Shown here: one piece after another, positions 26,955 to 35,316 of the stretch
How positions within the stretch are numbered: position 1 is the stretch's first letter
How the letters are laid out: each line of letters starts with the position of its first letter
Assembly (NCBI GenBank): GCA_948468685.1
Contig: CAOKJC010000001.1
Location: forward strand, 1 to 37,387
Reading direction: 5' to 3'
Length of the DNA stretch: 37,387 nucleotides
Source of the DNA: an uncultured Clostridium sp.
Lineage (GTDB): Bacteria; Bacillota; Clostridia; TANB77; CAG-508
Notes under the pieces: model-generated
The model's input: the letters and a program-made list of their open reading frames with translations, nothing else
Database searches by the model: none
Told to the model about the DNA's origin: nothing
Translations under genes and position numbers: made by a program

Positions 26955-27935
26955 ATGATTAACTTAGCTGATTTCATGGATCTTTCCAAGAATGAACGGA
27001 AGTCAAAAAAAAGAAATTTGTCATTAGAAGAATTTAATTGCATAAAAAATTCACCTACAGAAATCCTTATTAAATTAAGCTTATCTCATGATATCAAGAT
27101 ACGTGAAGCTGTTGCAATATCAAGTAACACTCCAATAGAAATACTTGAAAAGTTAGCAACTGATGAAACCTCTGTACGTGTGTGTGTTGCATATAATAAA
27201 AATTCAAGTAAAGAACTTTTAACAAAATTAGCAGATGACAAACATTTCTTGGTACGTTTCGAAGTAACTCAAAATAAAAATACACCTATTTGTATTTTAA
27301 AAAAATTGGCAGAAAATGATAATAATGAAGAAGTTCTAATGTCCGTTGCTCAAAATAGAAATATAACTCCAGAAATTCTTCAAAAATTGGCAGAAAGACA
27401 TAACATTAATGTATGTTTGATTATTTCAAAAAATCCAAAAACAACTTCAGAAACTCTTGCTGAAATGGCGAAATATTGTAATGATATAGTACGTGAAATA
27501 ATAGCAATTCATCCAAATACAAATTTGGATACCCTTGAAGAATTATCTAAAAACTATAATCATGAGATATATTTAACAATGGCATATAATGACAATATTA
27601 CTTCAAATCTGCTTACAAAATTAGCTAGAAATTCAAATTACAATAATGAAATATGTAAAGCAATTGCAGAAAATTCTAACACAAGTTCAGAATTGCTCGT
27701 AGAATTATATAAAAATTGCAATAATGATAATGATGTCTGCATTTCAATAGCACATAATAACAATGCAAGTCCTAATCTACTTAATGAATTAGCAGACCAT
27801 AAAGATCCTATTGTTTGTTATTTTGTTGTATTAAATGCCAATACATCTCTAGAAACAATAACAAAATTACAAAAGCATGAAGATGAAGCTGTACAAGAAG
27901 CAATCCAAAAAGTAATTAAGAAACGTTTTAGCTAA
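26955..27935 (+). CDS. Leucine-rich repeat variant (LRV / HEAT-like) repeat protein
   Basis: At least 10 tandem units of about 23-24 aa of the form N.NT..E.L..LA.......V...(V/I)A, e.g. SSNTPIEILEKLATDETSVRVCVAY, NKNTPICILKKLAEND, NRNITPEILQKLAERHN, HPNTNLDTLEELSKNYN, NSNTSSELLVELYKN, NNNASPNLLNELADHKD. Confidence 0.7.
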   Translation: MINLADFMDLSKNERKSKKRNLSLEEFNCIKNSPTEILIKLSLSHDIKIREAVAISSNTPIEILEKLATDETSVRVCVAYNKNSSKELLTKLADDKHFLVRFEVTQNKNTPICILKKLAENDNNEEVLMSVAQNRNITPEILQKLAERHNINVCLIISKNPKTTSETLAEMAKYCNDIVREIIAIHPNTNLDTLEELSKNYNHEIYLTMAYNDNITSNLLTKLARNSNYNNEICKAIAENSNTSSELLVELYKNCNNDNDVCISIAHNNNASPNLLNELADHKDPIVCYFVVLNANTSLETITKLQKHEDEAVQEAIQKVIKKRFS

Positions 27936-27956
27936 TCTAAGTCTAACAATTAAGTT

Positions 27957-27991
27957 TTATATAATAGGAAAGTCATACTTTCCTATTATAT
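27957..27991 (+). terminator. Perfect 16-bp hairpin after the LRV gene
   Basis: TATATAATAGGAAAGT-cat-ACTTTCCTATTATATA. No classical T-tract, so the terminator function is inferred. Confidence 0.5.
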
Positions 27992-28002
27992 AAAAAGAGG
28001 TA

Positions 28003-28039
28003 TGAAAAATAGTTACTGCATATAAGTAGTAACTATTTT
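28003..28039 (-). terminator. Hairpin downstream of gdpP
   Basis: GAAAAATAGTTACT (28003-28016) / AGTAACTATTTTC (28027-28039). On the minus strand it is followed a few nt later by CTCTTTTT. Confidence 0.4.
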
Positions 28040-28055
28040 CATATATTTATAAATA

Positions 28056-30074
28056 TTAATTTTCTATCTCTGAAAAATACTCATTAACACAATCTATTAA
28101 TTGTCTTTTAACATTTTCAATAGTCATACCTTCAACTTGAGCACCAGCAAGTGTAATATGCCCACCGCCACCAAGTTTTTCTAATATAACTTGAACATTT
28201 ATATCCCCTAAAGAACGTCCACTAATGCAAATTTGTTCACCTGTATTTCCTAAAACAAATGATGCTGTAACATTACCTATTGTAAGTAATTCATCAGCAG
28301 CTTTCGCACACAATAAGCTTACATCCTTTTCTTTTTCTTGGTCATATAAAGCAATTGCAATTGAATCATTTATCATTTCTGCACTTCTAACTATATCAGC
28401 AATTTTATTAAATGACTCTAAATCACTTTGGAACCATTTTTTTACTTTTATAATATCAACTCCACATTTACGCAAATATGCTGCCGCTTCAAAAGTTCTT
28501 ACTCCTGTTTTGAAAGTAAAACTTTTTGTATCCATCATTATTCCTGCATACAAGCTTTCTGCCTCTATCTTCTTTAATTCAACATTTGTTTCTGCATATT
28601 GTAATAATTCTGTTACAAGTTCTGCTGCTGATGATGCATACACTTCTTGGAATGTTAATGTAGCATTTTCTATATAGTCAGCACTTCTTCTATGATGGTC
28701 TATTACTACAACTTTATTTGCTTTTTCTAAAACTTCTGGTGACTCTACATAGTTTATTTTATGAGTATCTACAACTACCAATAAAGTATCTTCATCTATA
28801 TTTTCTTCAGCAACTTCTTTACTAATTAATACATCTTCATATTCTGGTTCTTCTAATAAACTATTTCTAAAGTTTTGTAAAGTTGGCGTATCACTTGTAA
28901 TAATATATGCATTTCTTTCTAAACTCTTTGCAAGTCTATATATTCCTATTGCAGAACCTATTGCATCTATATCTGGATTAGAATGCCCCATAATCATTAC
29001 TTTACTTGATTCTTGTATAAGGTTTTCTAGTGCATGTGCAACAACTCTAGCTTTTACTTTAGTCCTCTTTTCAACCTCTTGAGCTCTTCCACCAAAGAAT
29101 TTGTATATATCATTTTGTCTTATAACTGCTTGGTCTCCACCTCTACCAAGTACAATATCCATAGCTGTTTGAGCAGATTTATATTTATCTTTATCTACTT
29201 CTCCTTCATTTGAAATCGCTATACTTAATGTAAATTGAACTTTTTGTTTTGGATCTATTTCTTTAATTTTGTCTAATATACTAAATTTGTCTTCTTTAAT
29301 CGTATTTAAATATCTTTGTTCAAATATATAAATATATCTATCTCTATCTGATTTTATTAAAATTCCATTAGTTTCATTTGTCCATTCATGTATTTCTTTA
29401 TCGATATCAGCTATATACTGTGCTTTTTCTTCATTTTCTAGCATTTGCATATTTTCTTCATAATTGTCTATCATAATGATTCCAACACATGATTTTGAAT
29501 CATTATATTCTTTTTGTAACTTTATATTTTCTGTTTCATCTATAAAATATAAAATTACCATATATTCATCTTTATTAATTCTAGAATATCTTTTAGAATT
29601 TACAAATTTTCCTACTAATCTATATGTCTTTTTGTTTATTTGTACATCCTTTAATATTGATTTATCATTTTTATCTTTTTTATTTTGAATTTCATCTTGT
29701 AAATCAAACACTAAGTCATTTACAAGTGTATCTATATCCGTCTCTGCAAATTCAGATACAAATTTCGAACTCTTCCATATAACATTTCCATCTGTTTCTA
29801 ATATTATTAAAGGAAATGGTGAATTAATCAAACTCGTCTTTGCTGCCGAATCTACTGATAATGTTAAGTCTTGCAATGTTTCTGATATTTCACTTTTCCT
29901 TTTATTATTGGCAAAGTATGTATATCCTATTACTATTGCATAAACTAATATAGATGGCACTATGAATCCTATATTTTGGCAACATATTACAATTAACAAT
30001 ATTAAAATTATTACTAAATATATTTTTGTTCTTGATATTAAATTATCAAAAACCTTTTTATTGTTGTTTTGCAT
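28056..30074 (-). CDS. gdpP: Cyclic-di-AMP phosphodiesterase GdpP (YybT-like: 2 TM, PAS-like, degenerate GGDEF, DHH/DHHA1)
   Basis: Two N-terminal TM helices, DHH motifs IMGHSNPDIDAIGS, VVVDTHK, VVIDHHRR, and DHHA1 LGGGGHITLAGAQ. Conserved neighbourhood with rplI and dnaB. Candidate promoter TTGACA (30129-30124), 18 nt spacer, TAAAAT (30105-30100). Confidence 0.85.
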   Translation of the reverse strand: MQNNNKKVFDNLISRTKIYLVIILILLIVICCQNIGFIVPSILVYAIVIGYTYFANNKRKSEISETLQDLTLSVDSAAKTSLINSPFPLIILETDGNVIWKSSKFVSEFAETDIDTLVNDLVFDLQDEIQNKKDKNDKSILKDVQINKKTYRLVGKFVNSKRYSRINKDEYMVILYFIDETENIKLQKEYNDSKSCVGIIMIDNYEENMQMLENEEKAQYIADIDKEIHEWTNETNGILIKSDRDRYIYIFEQRYLNTIKEDKFSILDKIKEIDPKQKVQFTLSIAISNEGEVDKDKYKSAQTAMDIVLGRGGDQAVIRQNDIYKFFGGRAQEVEKRTKVKARVVAHALENLIQESSKVMIMGHSNPDIDAIGSAIGIYRLAKSLERNAYIITSDTPTLQNFRNSLLEEPEYEDVLISKEVAEENIDEDTLLVVVDTHKINYVESPEVLEKANKVVVIDHHRRSADYIENATLTFQEVYASSAAELVTELLQYAETNVELKKIEAESLYAGIMMDTKSFTFKTGVRTFEAAAYLRKCGVDIIKVKKWFQSDLESFNKIADIVRSAEMINDSIAIALYDQEKEKDVSLLCAKAADELLTIGNVTASFVLGNTGEQICISGRSLGDINVQVILEKLGGGGHITLAGAQVEGMTIENVKRQLIDCVNEYFSEIEN

Positions 30075-30143
30075 AAAACTCTCCTTTTTCTCCTATTATA
30101 TTTTACACCTATAATATGGTTTTTGTCAAGTTTAATACTTACA

Positions 30144-30174
30144 TGTGTCAATAGAGACGCCCTTTTTTGACACA
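30144..30174 (+). repeat. REP-like hairpin (copy C1), intermediate between the two subfamilies
   Basis: TGTGTCAATAGAGACGCCCTTTTTTGACACA followed by TTTTTATG, as at A1. Confidence 0.8.
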
Positions 30175-30180
30175 TTTTTA

Positions 30181-30205
30181 TGTCAAAATTGAACATCCCT
30201 ACTGA
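30181..30205 (+). repeat. Degenerate REP-like hairpin (C2)
   Basis: TGTCAAAATTGAACATCCCTACTGA, in the same position relative to C1 as A2 is to A1. Confidence 0.35.
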
Positions 30206-30222
30206 ATTTTTAAATAATAAAA

Positions 30223-32109
30223 TTAATCGTTTTTTTCATCTTTAAGCACATCATTTAAAACTGCATTTTCTTTATTTTGCTCACTTTCTTGTTGTTTCTT
30301 AACTCCATCAATTATCATAACAAACTTAACATCACCATCATTTCCCTCATTGAGCATTGTAAAATTATTATAATCTTTAGATAATTCAGTTAACTTTTCA
30401 ACTCTATCAGTAAAATCTTTCACATTATTCTTCATAAAATTGCAAATTTTATCAACACCATCTCTATTAAAAGTATAAATACCTTCCGCCAAATCAGTAG
30501 CACCATTAGCAATAGTAGTAGCGCCATCTGTCAATTGACCATTTGCAAAAGTCAATTCTTTTGTACTAACATCTAACTTTTTCATACCTGATTTTAAAGA
30601 AGTTGAACCACTTCTTAATGTACTAGCACTAGATTGCAAAGTTCTAGAACCATCAACTAAAGCCTTTGAACCATCAGCTAACTGTGTCAAAGCTGTTGGT
30701 AATTGGTTAGCAGCTGCATTTAGTTGTCCTAATCCTTGTTCTAACTTTTGTGTAGCTTGCGAAATTGATTTAACACCATTATCTAAGGCATTTAAATTAG
30801 CTTGTGCTTGTTCAGATGTTAGCTGTGTTAAAGTTGCAGTGTCAATTGTTATCTGCTTTTGTAAATTCATTATTATTTCATCACTTTCTAAATATCCCGC
30901 TTCTATTAATTGATTCTTTGTATTAGTTAATGTAGTAACATTCGCACTCAATGTTTTTATAGTAGCCTCTAGTGAATCTTTTACAGTATTTATACCATTT
31001 ACTAAACCATTTTCTGAATTAACACCTAAATTTAACTCTACACTTCCTTTATATAATTGAGAAACACTCTCTGGTAAAGAACTTAATTTTGTTTCTAATT
31101 CATTAATTCCAGAGTTCAATTGTTGTGCACCATTTACTAATGAAGAACTACCTGCATTTAATGAGTTTATACCTGAATCTATTTTAGAATAATTTGAATT
31201 TATACTACTTACACCTTCAGAAACTTGATTCATTGCACCATTAAATTCTTTACTCTTCTCACTATAATTTATAGCACCATCTTTTAAAGTATTTGCACCT
31301 TCTTCAATTTGTTTGCTTGAAACTTGTAAAGTATTAACTTGACTATAGACCTCATCTAATTTATCAAAAATACTTAAATCTTCTTCATCTAAAACTTTTG
31401 GAGTAACAAAAGAAACTATACTATTACTTTCAAAGTCTTTTGCATCCATTGTAATTTCAATATCACTTGATATTTCTATATCTTTATCTAATACCCCTAA
31501 ACTTTCTTGTAAACCTGGCATAGCCATACCAACCACAATTGTTTTCGTTCCATCATCAATTACTTTTCCAGAAGACACTTGTACATTAGTAGCAACTTCA
31601 TTTTTAACAATTGTACCAGCAACAACTACAAATGGAACATACATCTTAACTTTTTTACCATTTATATCAACAATTCTCTCTTCTTTATTTGAATATTGAA
31701 TAGTTATTTTAACATTTCCGCTTTTCCCTGCGATATCTTCTGGTGAAATCTCTTCTCCATCTAATTCATATTTTATTATACACTCTATTGGTAAGTCCTT
31801 TGAACTCTCACCTTGATAATATATATCATTCTTATTAGCTTTCCATGTAAAAGTATTTCCATCTTGAGTATAAGTTTCATCACCACTTGTATTTTTTATA
31901 TTCAATAAATCTGACATATCTTTTATTAAATCTTCATTCTCTTCATTTTTTATATGTGTACTAACTATCGTTTTATAACCATCTCCTGATGCATCTAATT
32001 TAGAATAAACTGTCTCATCTTTTGTATATGCAAACACAGGTAATGTATATCCAATCATAGAACATAGCAATACTCCTGAAATTACTTTAGAAACTACTTT
32101 ATTATTCAT
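30223..32109 (-). CDS. Secreted or N-terminally anchored protein with a YhgE/Pip-like coiled heptad-repeat region; likely MMPL accessory protein
   Basis: N-terminal signal/anchor VISGVLLCSMIGYTLPVFA. Long Asn/Ser/Gly/Leu heptad region (GAMNQVSEGVSSINSNYSKIDSGINSLNAGSSSLVNGAQQLNSGINELE...). The ATG at 32109 is preferred over the track's TTG at 32118 because GGAAAGGA lies 10 nt upstream of it. Family call is tentative. Confidence 0.55.
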   Translation of the reverse strand: MNNKVVSKVISGVLLCSMIGYTLPVFAYTKDETVYSKLDASGDGYKTIVSTHIKNEENEDLIKDMSDLLNIKNTSGDETYTQDGNTFTWKANKNDIYYQGESSKDLPIECIIKYELDGEEISPEDIAGKSGNVKITIQYSNKEERIVDINGKKVKMYVPFVVVAGTIVKNEVATNVQVSSGKVIDDGTKTIVVGMAMPGLQESLGVLDKDIEISSDIEITMDAKDFESNSIVSFVTPKVLDEEDLSIFDKLDEVYSQVNTLQVSSKQIEEGANTLKDGAINYSEKSKEFNGAMNQVSEGVSSINSNYSKIDSGINSLNAGSSSLVNGAQQLNSGINELETKLSSLPESVSQLYKGSVELNLGVNSENGLVNGINTVKDSLEATIKTLSANVTTLTNTKNQLIEAGYLESDEIIMNLQKQITIDTATLTQLTSEQAQANLNALDNGVKSISQATQKLEQGLGQLNAAANQLPTALTQLADGSKALVDGSRTLQSSASTLRSGSTSLKSGMKKLDVSTKELTFANGQLTDGATTIANGATDLAEGIYTFNRDGVDKICNFMKNNVKDFTDRVEKLTELSKDYNNFTMLNEGNDGDVKFVMIIDGVKKQQESEQNKENAVLNDVLKDEKND

Positions 32110-32132
32110 ATTTATCAAATCCTTTCCATATA

Positions 32133-32163
32133 TGTGCCAAAAAGGGACGTCCCTATTGGCACA
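32133..32163 (-). repeat. REP-like hairpin, subfamily TGTGCC (copy D)
   Basis: TGTGCCAAAAAGGGACGTCCCTATTGGCACA, identical to 35060-35090. Overlaps the last codons and the stop of the MMPL gene. Confidence 0.85.
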
Positions 32164-34222
32164 CTTTTTTCATTCCAACTGTTGTTTTACAAATAATCTT
32201 ATCAAACAACATTAAAAACGCTGGCAATACCATAATTACACTAATCATACTAACAATAGCACCTCTAGACATTAAAGTACATAGAGAACCTATCATCTCT
32301 ATTTTTGAGCAAGCTCCAACTCCAAATGTTGCACCAAAGAAACACAATCCACTAACAATAATTGAACTTATTGAAGTTCCTAGAGCTTCATCAACCGCCT
32401 CTTTCTTTGATTTTCCTTCTTTTCTAAAACTTACAAACTTAGTTGTAATTAATATTGCATAATCTATTGTTGCACCTAATTGTATTGTTCCAATTACTAT
32501 TGATGCAATAAATGGCAATGTTGTATTTGTATATGTTGAAAGTCCCATATTTATAAATATAGCAAATTCAATAACTGTCATTAATATTACAGGCAATGAA
32601 ATTGATTTTAATACAAATATCATAATTATAAATATAATTACAATTGATACTCCATTTACGCTATTAAAATCATGGTCACTTATTTCTACTAAATCCTTCA
32701 TAAGTGGTCCTTCTCCTGCTAGTATTGAATTTTCATCATATACTTTTATTATTTTATTTACTTCATTAATTTGTTGGTTTAACTCATCTGTTGCCATTTC
32801 ATATTTAGAATTTATTATAACTAATTGATACTTATCATTTTCAAAGATTGATTTTACATCTTCTGATAATATATTATCTGGAAGTTCAGTTCCTGCTATC
32901 TTTGAATACCCTAAAGCCCATTCAATTCCATCTATTTTTTCGATTTCTTTTAACATTTCATTAACTTTATAATTTGGAACATCCTTGCTAATTAAAGCTA
33001 ATTCTGTTGATACCATATTAAAATCATTTTTTAATGCATTATTTGCTTCGACACTTAATAGTGTATCTGGTAATGATTTATCTAAATTATAATAAACACT
33101 TATATTACTATATCCATATACTGCAAATGGTAATATTATCAAAAATACTACTATTATTGCTTTATAATGTTTTATATTGAAATTTTTTAATATTTCAAAT
33201 TTTGGTAATATTTCTTTATGCTTTGTTTTTTCAATCCATTTATCAAATACTAAAAGCATTGCTGGTAATATTGTTACAACACTGACAACTCCAAGAAATA
33301 CTCCTTTTGCCATAACAATTCCAATATCTTTTCCTAAGCTTAAATTCATACTACAAAGTGCTAAAAATCCTGCTATTGTTGTTAATGAACTTCCTACAAC
33401 TGACACTAATGTTTTTGATATCGCATGTGCCATTGCCTCATCATTGTTTATGTACTTTCCTTTTTCTGCCTTATAACTGTGATATAAGAATATTGCAAAA
33501 TCCATAGTTACTCCTAATTGAAGTACTGCGCTTATTGCTTTTGTTATGTATGATATTTCTCCCAAAAACACATTTGAACCCATATTATATAAAATTGCTA
33601 TTCCTATATTTAATAATAAAAATAGTGGCGCTATATATGAATCTAAAGCTAGTTGTAAAATAATTAAGCATAATACTACTGCTATAACTACATATATTGC
33701 TATTTCTGAATTAGACAAATCTCTTGTATCTAAAACAGTTGCTGACATTCCACTTATTTTGCATTGCTTGTCTGTTAAATTTCTTAGTTCTTCAATTGTT
33801 GACATTGTACTATCTGAAGAAATTCCATCTTTAAATGTTACAAGCATTGGTGTACTTCCATCTTTATAAATCTTATTTGTTATTTCTTCTGGCAATACCT
33901 CTACTGGTATGTTTGAACCTAATACATCTGCAATACTTATAACATGCTCTACATTATCTAGTTTGCTTATTTGTTTTTCTAATTTCTGAATATCCTTAAT
34001 ATTCATGTCTTCAACTATAACAACTGAAAATGCTCCCATATCAAATTGTTCTGATAAAATTTTCTCACCTTTTATTGTTTCTATATTATCTGGCAAGTAA
34101 ACTAAAATATCATAATTGATTCTAGTTGCTTTTATCCCTATAATTGAAGGAATTAATAATAGTATCGCTATTATCAATATTAATTTTTTGTACTTACATA
34201 TTTTTTCTGCAAATTTTAACAT
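32153..34222 (-). CDS. MMPL-family (RND superfamily) membrane transporter
   Basis: Two repeated halves, each an extracytoplasmic domain plus a bundle of about 5 TM helices (12 TM overall). Start reassigned to ATG 34222 (AAAGGAGAGGGAGATAAGA-ATG), because the track's TTG at 34339 lies inside the operator region. Divergent TetR neighbour. Confidence 0.8.
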   Translation of the reverse strand: MLKFAEKICKYKKLILIIAILLLIPSIIGIKATRINYDILVYLPDNIETIKGEKILSEQFDMGAFSVVIVEDMNIKDIQKLEKQISKLDNVEHVISIADVLGSNIPVEVLPEEITNKIYKDGSTPMLVTFKDGISSDSTMSTIEELRNLTDKQCKISGMSATVLDTRDLSNSEIAIYVVIAVVLCLIILQLALDSYIAPLFLLLNIGIAILYNMGSNVFLGEISYITKAISAVLQLGVTMDFAIFLYHSYKAEKGKYINNDEAMAHAISKTLVSVVGSSLTTIAGFLALCSMNLSLGKDIGIVMAKGVFLGVVSVVTILPAMLLVFDKWIEKTKHKEILPKFEILKNFNIKHYKAIIVVFLIILPFAVYGYSNISVYYNLDKSLPDTLLSVEANNALKNDFNMVSTELALISKDVPNYKVNEMLKEIEKIDGIEWALGYSKIAGTELPDNILSEDVKSIFENDKYQLVIINSKYEMATDELNQQINEVNKIIKVYDENSILAGEGPLMKDLVEISDHDFNSVNGVSIVIIFIIMIFVLKSISLPVILMTVIEFAIFINMGLSTYTNTTLPFIASIVIGTIQLGATIDYAILITTKFVSFRKEGKSKKEAVDEALGTSISSIIVSGLCFFGATFGVGACSKIEMIGSLCTLMSRGAIVSMISVIMVLPAFLMLFDKIICKTTVGMKKVCQ

Positions 34223-34252
34223 TCTTATCTCCCTCTCCTTTAACAATTGTTT

Positions 34253-34341
34253 AAATGACCATCGGTCATTTTTATATATAATACTACCTTTATGACCATT
34301 AGTCAATAGTTTTTTTAAAAAACATTGACCTTTAGTCAAAT
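34253..34341. promoter_or_regulatory. Three TGAC-N5-GTCA operator-like palindromes overlapping divergent promoters (TetR/MMPL control region)
   Basis: O1 AAATGACCATCGGTCATTT (34253-34271), O2 ATGACCATTAGTCAAT (34292-34307), O3 ATTGACCTTTAGTCAAAT (34324-34341). MMPL promoter on the minus strand: TTGACT (34306-34301), 17 nt spacer, TATTAT (34283-34278). tetR promoter: TTGACC (34325-34330), 16-17 nt spacer, TAATAAT. Confidence 0.55.
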
Positions 34342-34377
34342 TTATGTAATAATTTATATGTAGGAGAGTTTAAAAAT

Positions 34378-34971
34378 ATGAAAAATGATAAAGAAGAAAA
34401 AGAAAATAGATTATTAAATACAGCATTCAAACTATTTACAGAAAAAGGAATAAAAGACACATCAATTCAAGATATTGTAGATAATGCAAGTGTTGCCAAA
34501 GGAACATTTTACTTATATTTTAAAGATAAATATGAAATAAGAGACATTCTAATAGTAAAAAAATCAGAAAAATTATTTTCTGATGCATTAACATCTTTAA
34601 GAAAAAACTATATCTCAAATTTCTCTGACCAAATTATATATATTATAAATTATGTTATAGATGAATTGTCAAAAAATCCTCTATTATTAAAATTCATTTC
34701 AAAAAATTTATCTTGGGGAGTGTACAACAAAACTGTATTAAAATTATATGAATCAACTGAACAGAGAAAAAATACTTTACATGATTTATTTATGAAGGGT
34801 ATAAAAGAAAATAATATAAAATTAAGTAATCCTGATGTAACTCTATTTATGATTATAGAGTTAGTTGGTTCTACTTGTTTTAATTCTATTCTCTATAAAG
34901 ATCCTTTACCTATTGAAGAATATAAACCTTATCTATATAAAGCTATTCGAAATTTAATTGAAACTAATTAA
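34378..34971 (+). CDS. TetR/AcrR family transcriptional regulator
   Basis: Canonical TetR_N HTH LLNTAFKLFTEKGIKDTSIQDIVDNASVAKGTFYLYFKDKYEI. SD AGGAGAG. Divergent from the MMPL operon. Confidence 0.85.
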   Translation: MKNDKEEKENRLLNTAFKLFTEKGIKDTSIQDIVDNASVAKGTFYLYFKDKYEIRDILIVKKSEKLFSDALTSLRKNYISNFSDQIIYIINYVIDELSKNPLLLKFISKNLSWGVYNKTVLKLYESTEQRKNTLHDLFMKGIKENNIKLSNPDVTLFMIIELVGSTCFNSILYKDPLPIEEYKPYLYKAIRNLIETN

Positions 34972-34976
34972 AATTT

Positions 34977-35007
34977 TGTGCCAATAGGGACGTCCCTTTT
35001 TGGCACA
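34977..35007 (+). repeat. REP-like hairpin, subfamily TGTGCC (copy E1), exact reverse complement of E2 and D
   Basis: TGTGCCAATAGGGACGTCCCTTTTTGGCACA, 5 nt after the tetR stop. Confidence 0.85.
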
Positions 35008-35023
35008 TTTTAAATTACAATTT

Positions 35024-35055
35024 TCACATCAAATAAGAGTATCTCTTTTGACTCA
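35024..35055. repeat. Degenerate REP-like hairpin between E1 and E2
   Basis: TCACATCAAATAAGAGTATCTCTTTTGACTCA (TCAAATAAGAG-TAT-CTCTTTTGA). Confidence 0.35.
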
Positions 35056-35059
35056 TTTC

Positions 35060-35090
35060 TGTGCCAAAAAGGGACGTCCCTATTGGCACA
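35060..35090 (-). repeat. REP-like hairpin, subfamily TGTGCC (copy E2)
   Basis: TGTGCCAAAAAGGGACGTCCCTATTGGCACA. Overlaps the last codons and the stop of feoA. Confidence 0.85.
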
Positions 35091-35316
35091 CTTTTATGTT
35101 TTCAGCATCTTCTCTTCTAATAGCAATAATACTTCCTCTAACTTGAAACGCTCTTGGATCTTTAGATGGACTTAATAAAACTGGTATAATATTTGTTCCT
35201 TTCACTAGACCTAAATCCAATAATCTTCTTTTTATATTTCCTTCACATTCAATTTTTTGTATAATTCCATTTTGATTTAATGGTAATTGATCTAAACTTA
35301 TTACTTTTTCATCCAT
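35080..35316 (-). CDS. feoA: FeoA-family (ferrous iron transport protein A-like, SH3-like) small protein
   Basis: LDQLPLNQNGIIQKIECEGNIKRRLLDLGLVKGTNIIPVLLSPSKDPRAFQVRGSIIAIRREDAENIKV is the FeoA pattern. The second ATG (35316) has the better SD (AAGGTGATAATT); the track start is 35331. Confidence 0.75.
   Translation of the reverse strand: MDEKVISLDQLPLNQNGIIQKIECEGNIKRRLLDLGLVKGTNIIPVLLSPSKDPRAFQVRGSIIAIRREDAENIKVCQ

Noticed and set aside
10370-33869. Short ORFs overlapping larger genes on the opposite strand or in another frame (10370-10615, 11535-11735, 12081-12284, 17770-17961, 17938-18165, 18607-18855, 19674-20078, 20997-21185, 22886-23167, 23690-23968, 24187-24414, 27094-27285, 28225-28677, 29464-29688, 33177-33476, 33546-33869)
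   Set aside because: Each is embedded in a longer ORF with clear family signatures. They lack SD sequences and have the Leu/Ile/Phe/Ser-rich composition typical of antisense frames in AT-rich DNA.
34223-34339. 39-codon N-terminal extension of the MMPL ORF from TTG 34339
   Set aside because: The extension runs through the operator/promoter region and has no SD. ATG 34222 is preceded by AAAGGAGAGGGAG, and the hydrophobic N-terminal helix begins right after it.
23835-35090. Possibility that the recurring 31-nt sequences form a CRISPR array
   Set aside because: The copies are palindromic, occur in both orientations, are separated by whole genes at irregular distances (about 0.05-5 kb), and no cas genes are present. 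The pattern fits REP elements, not CRISPR repeats.
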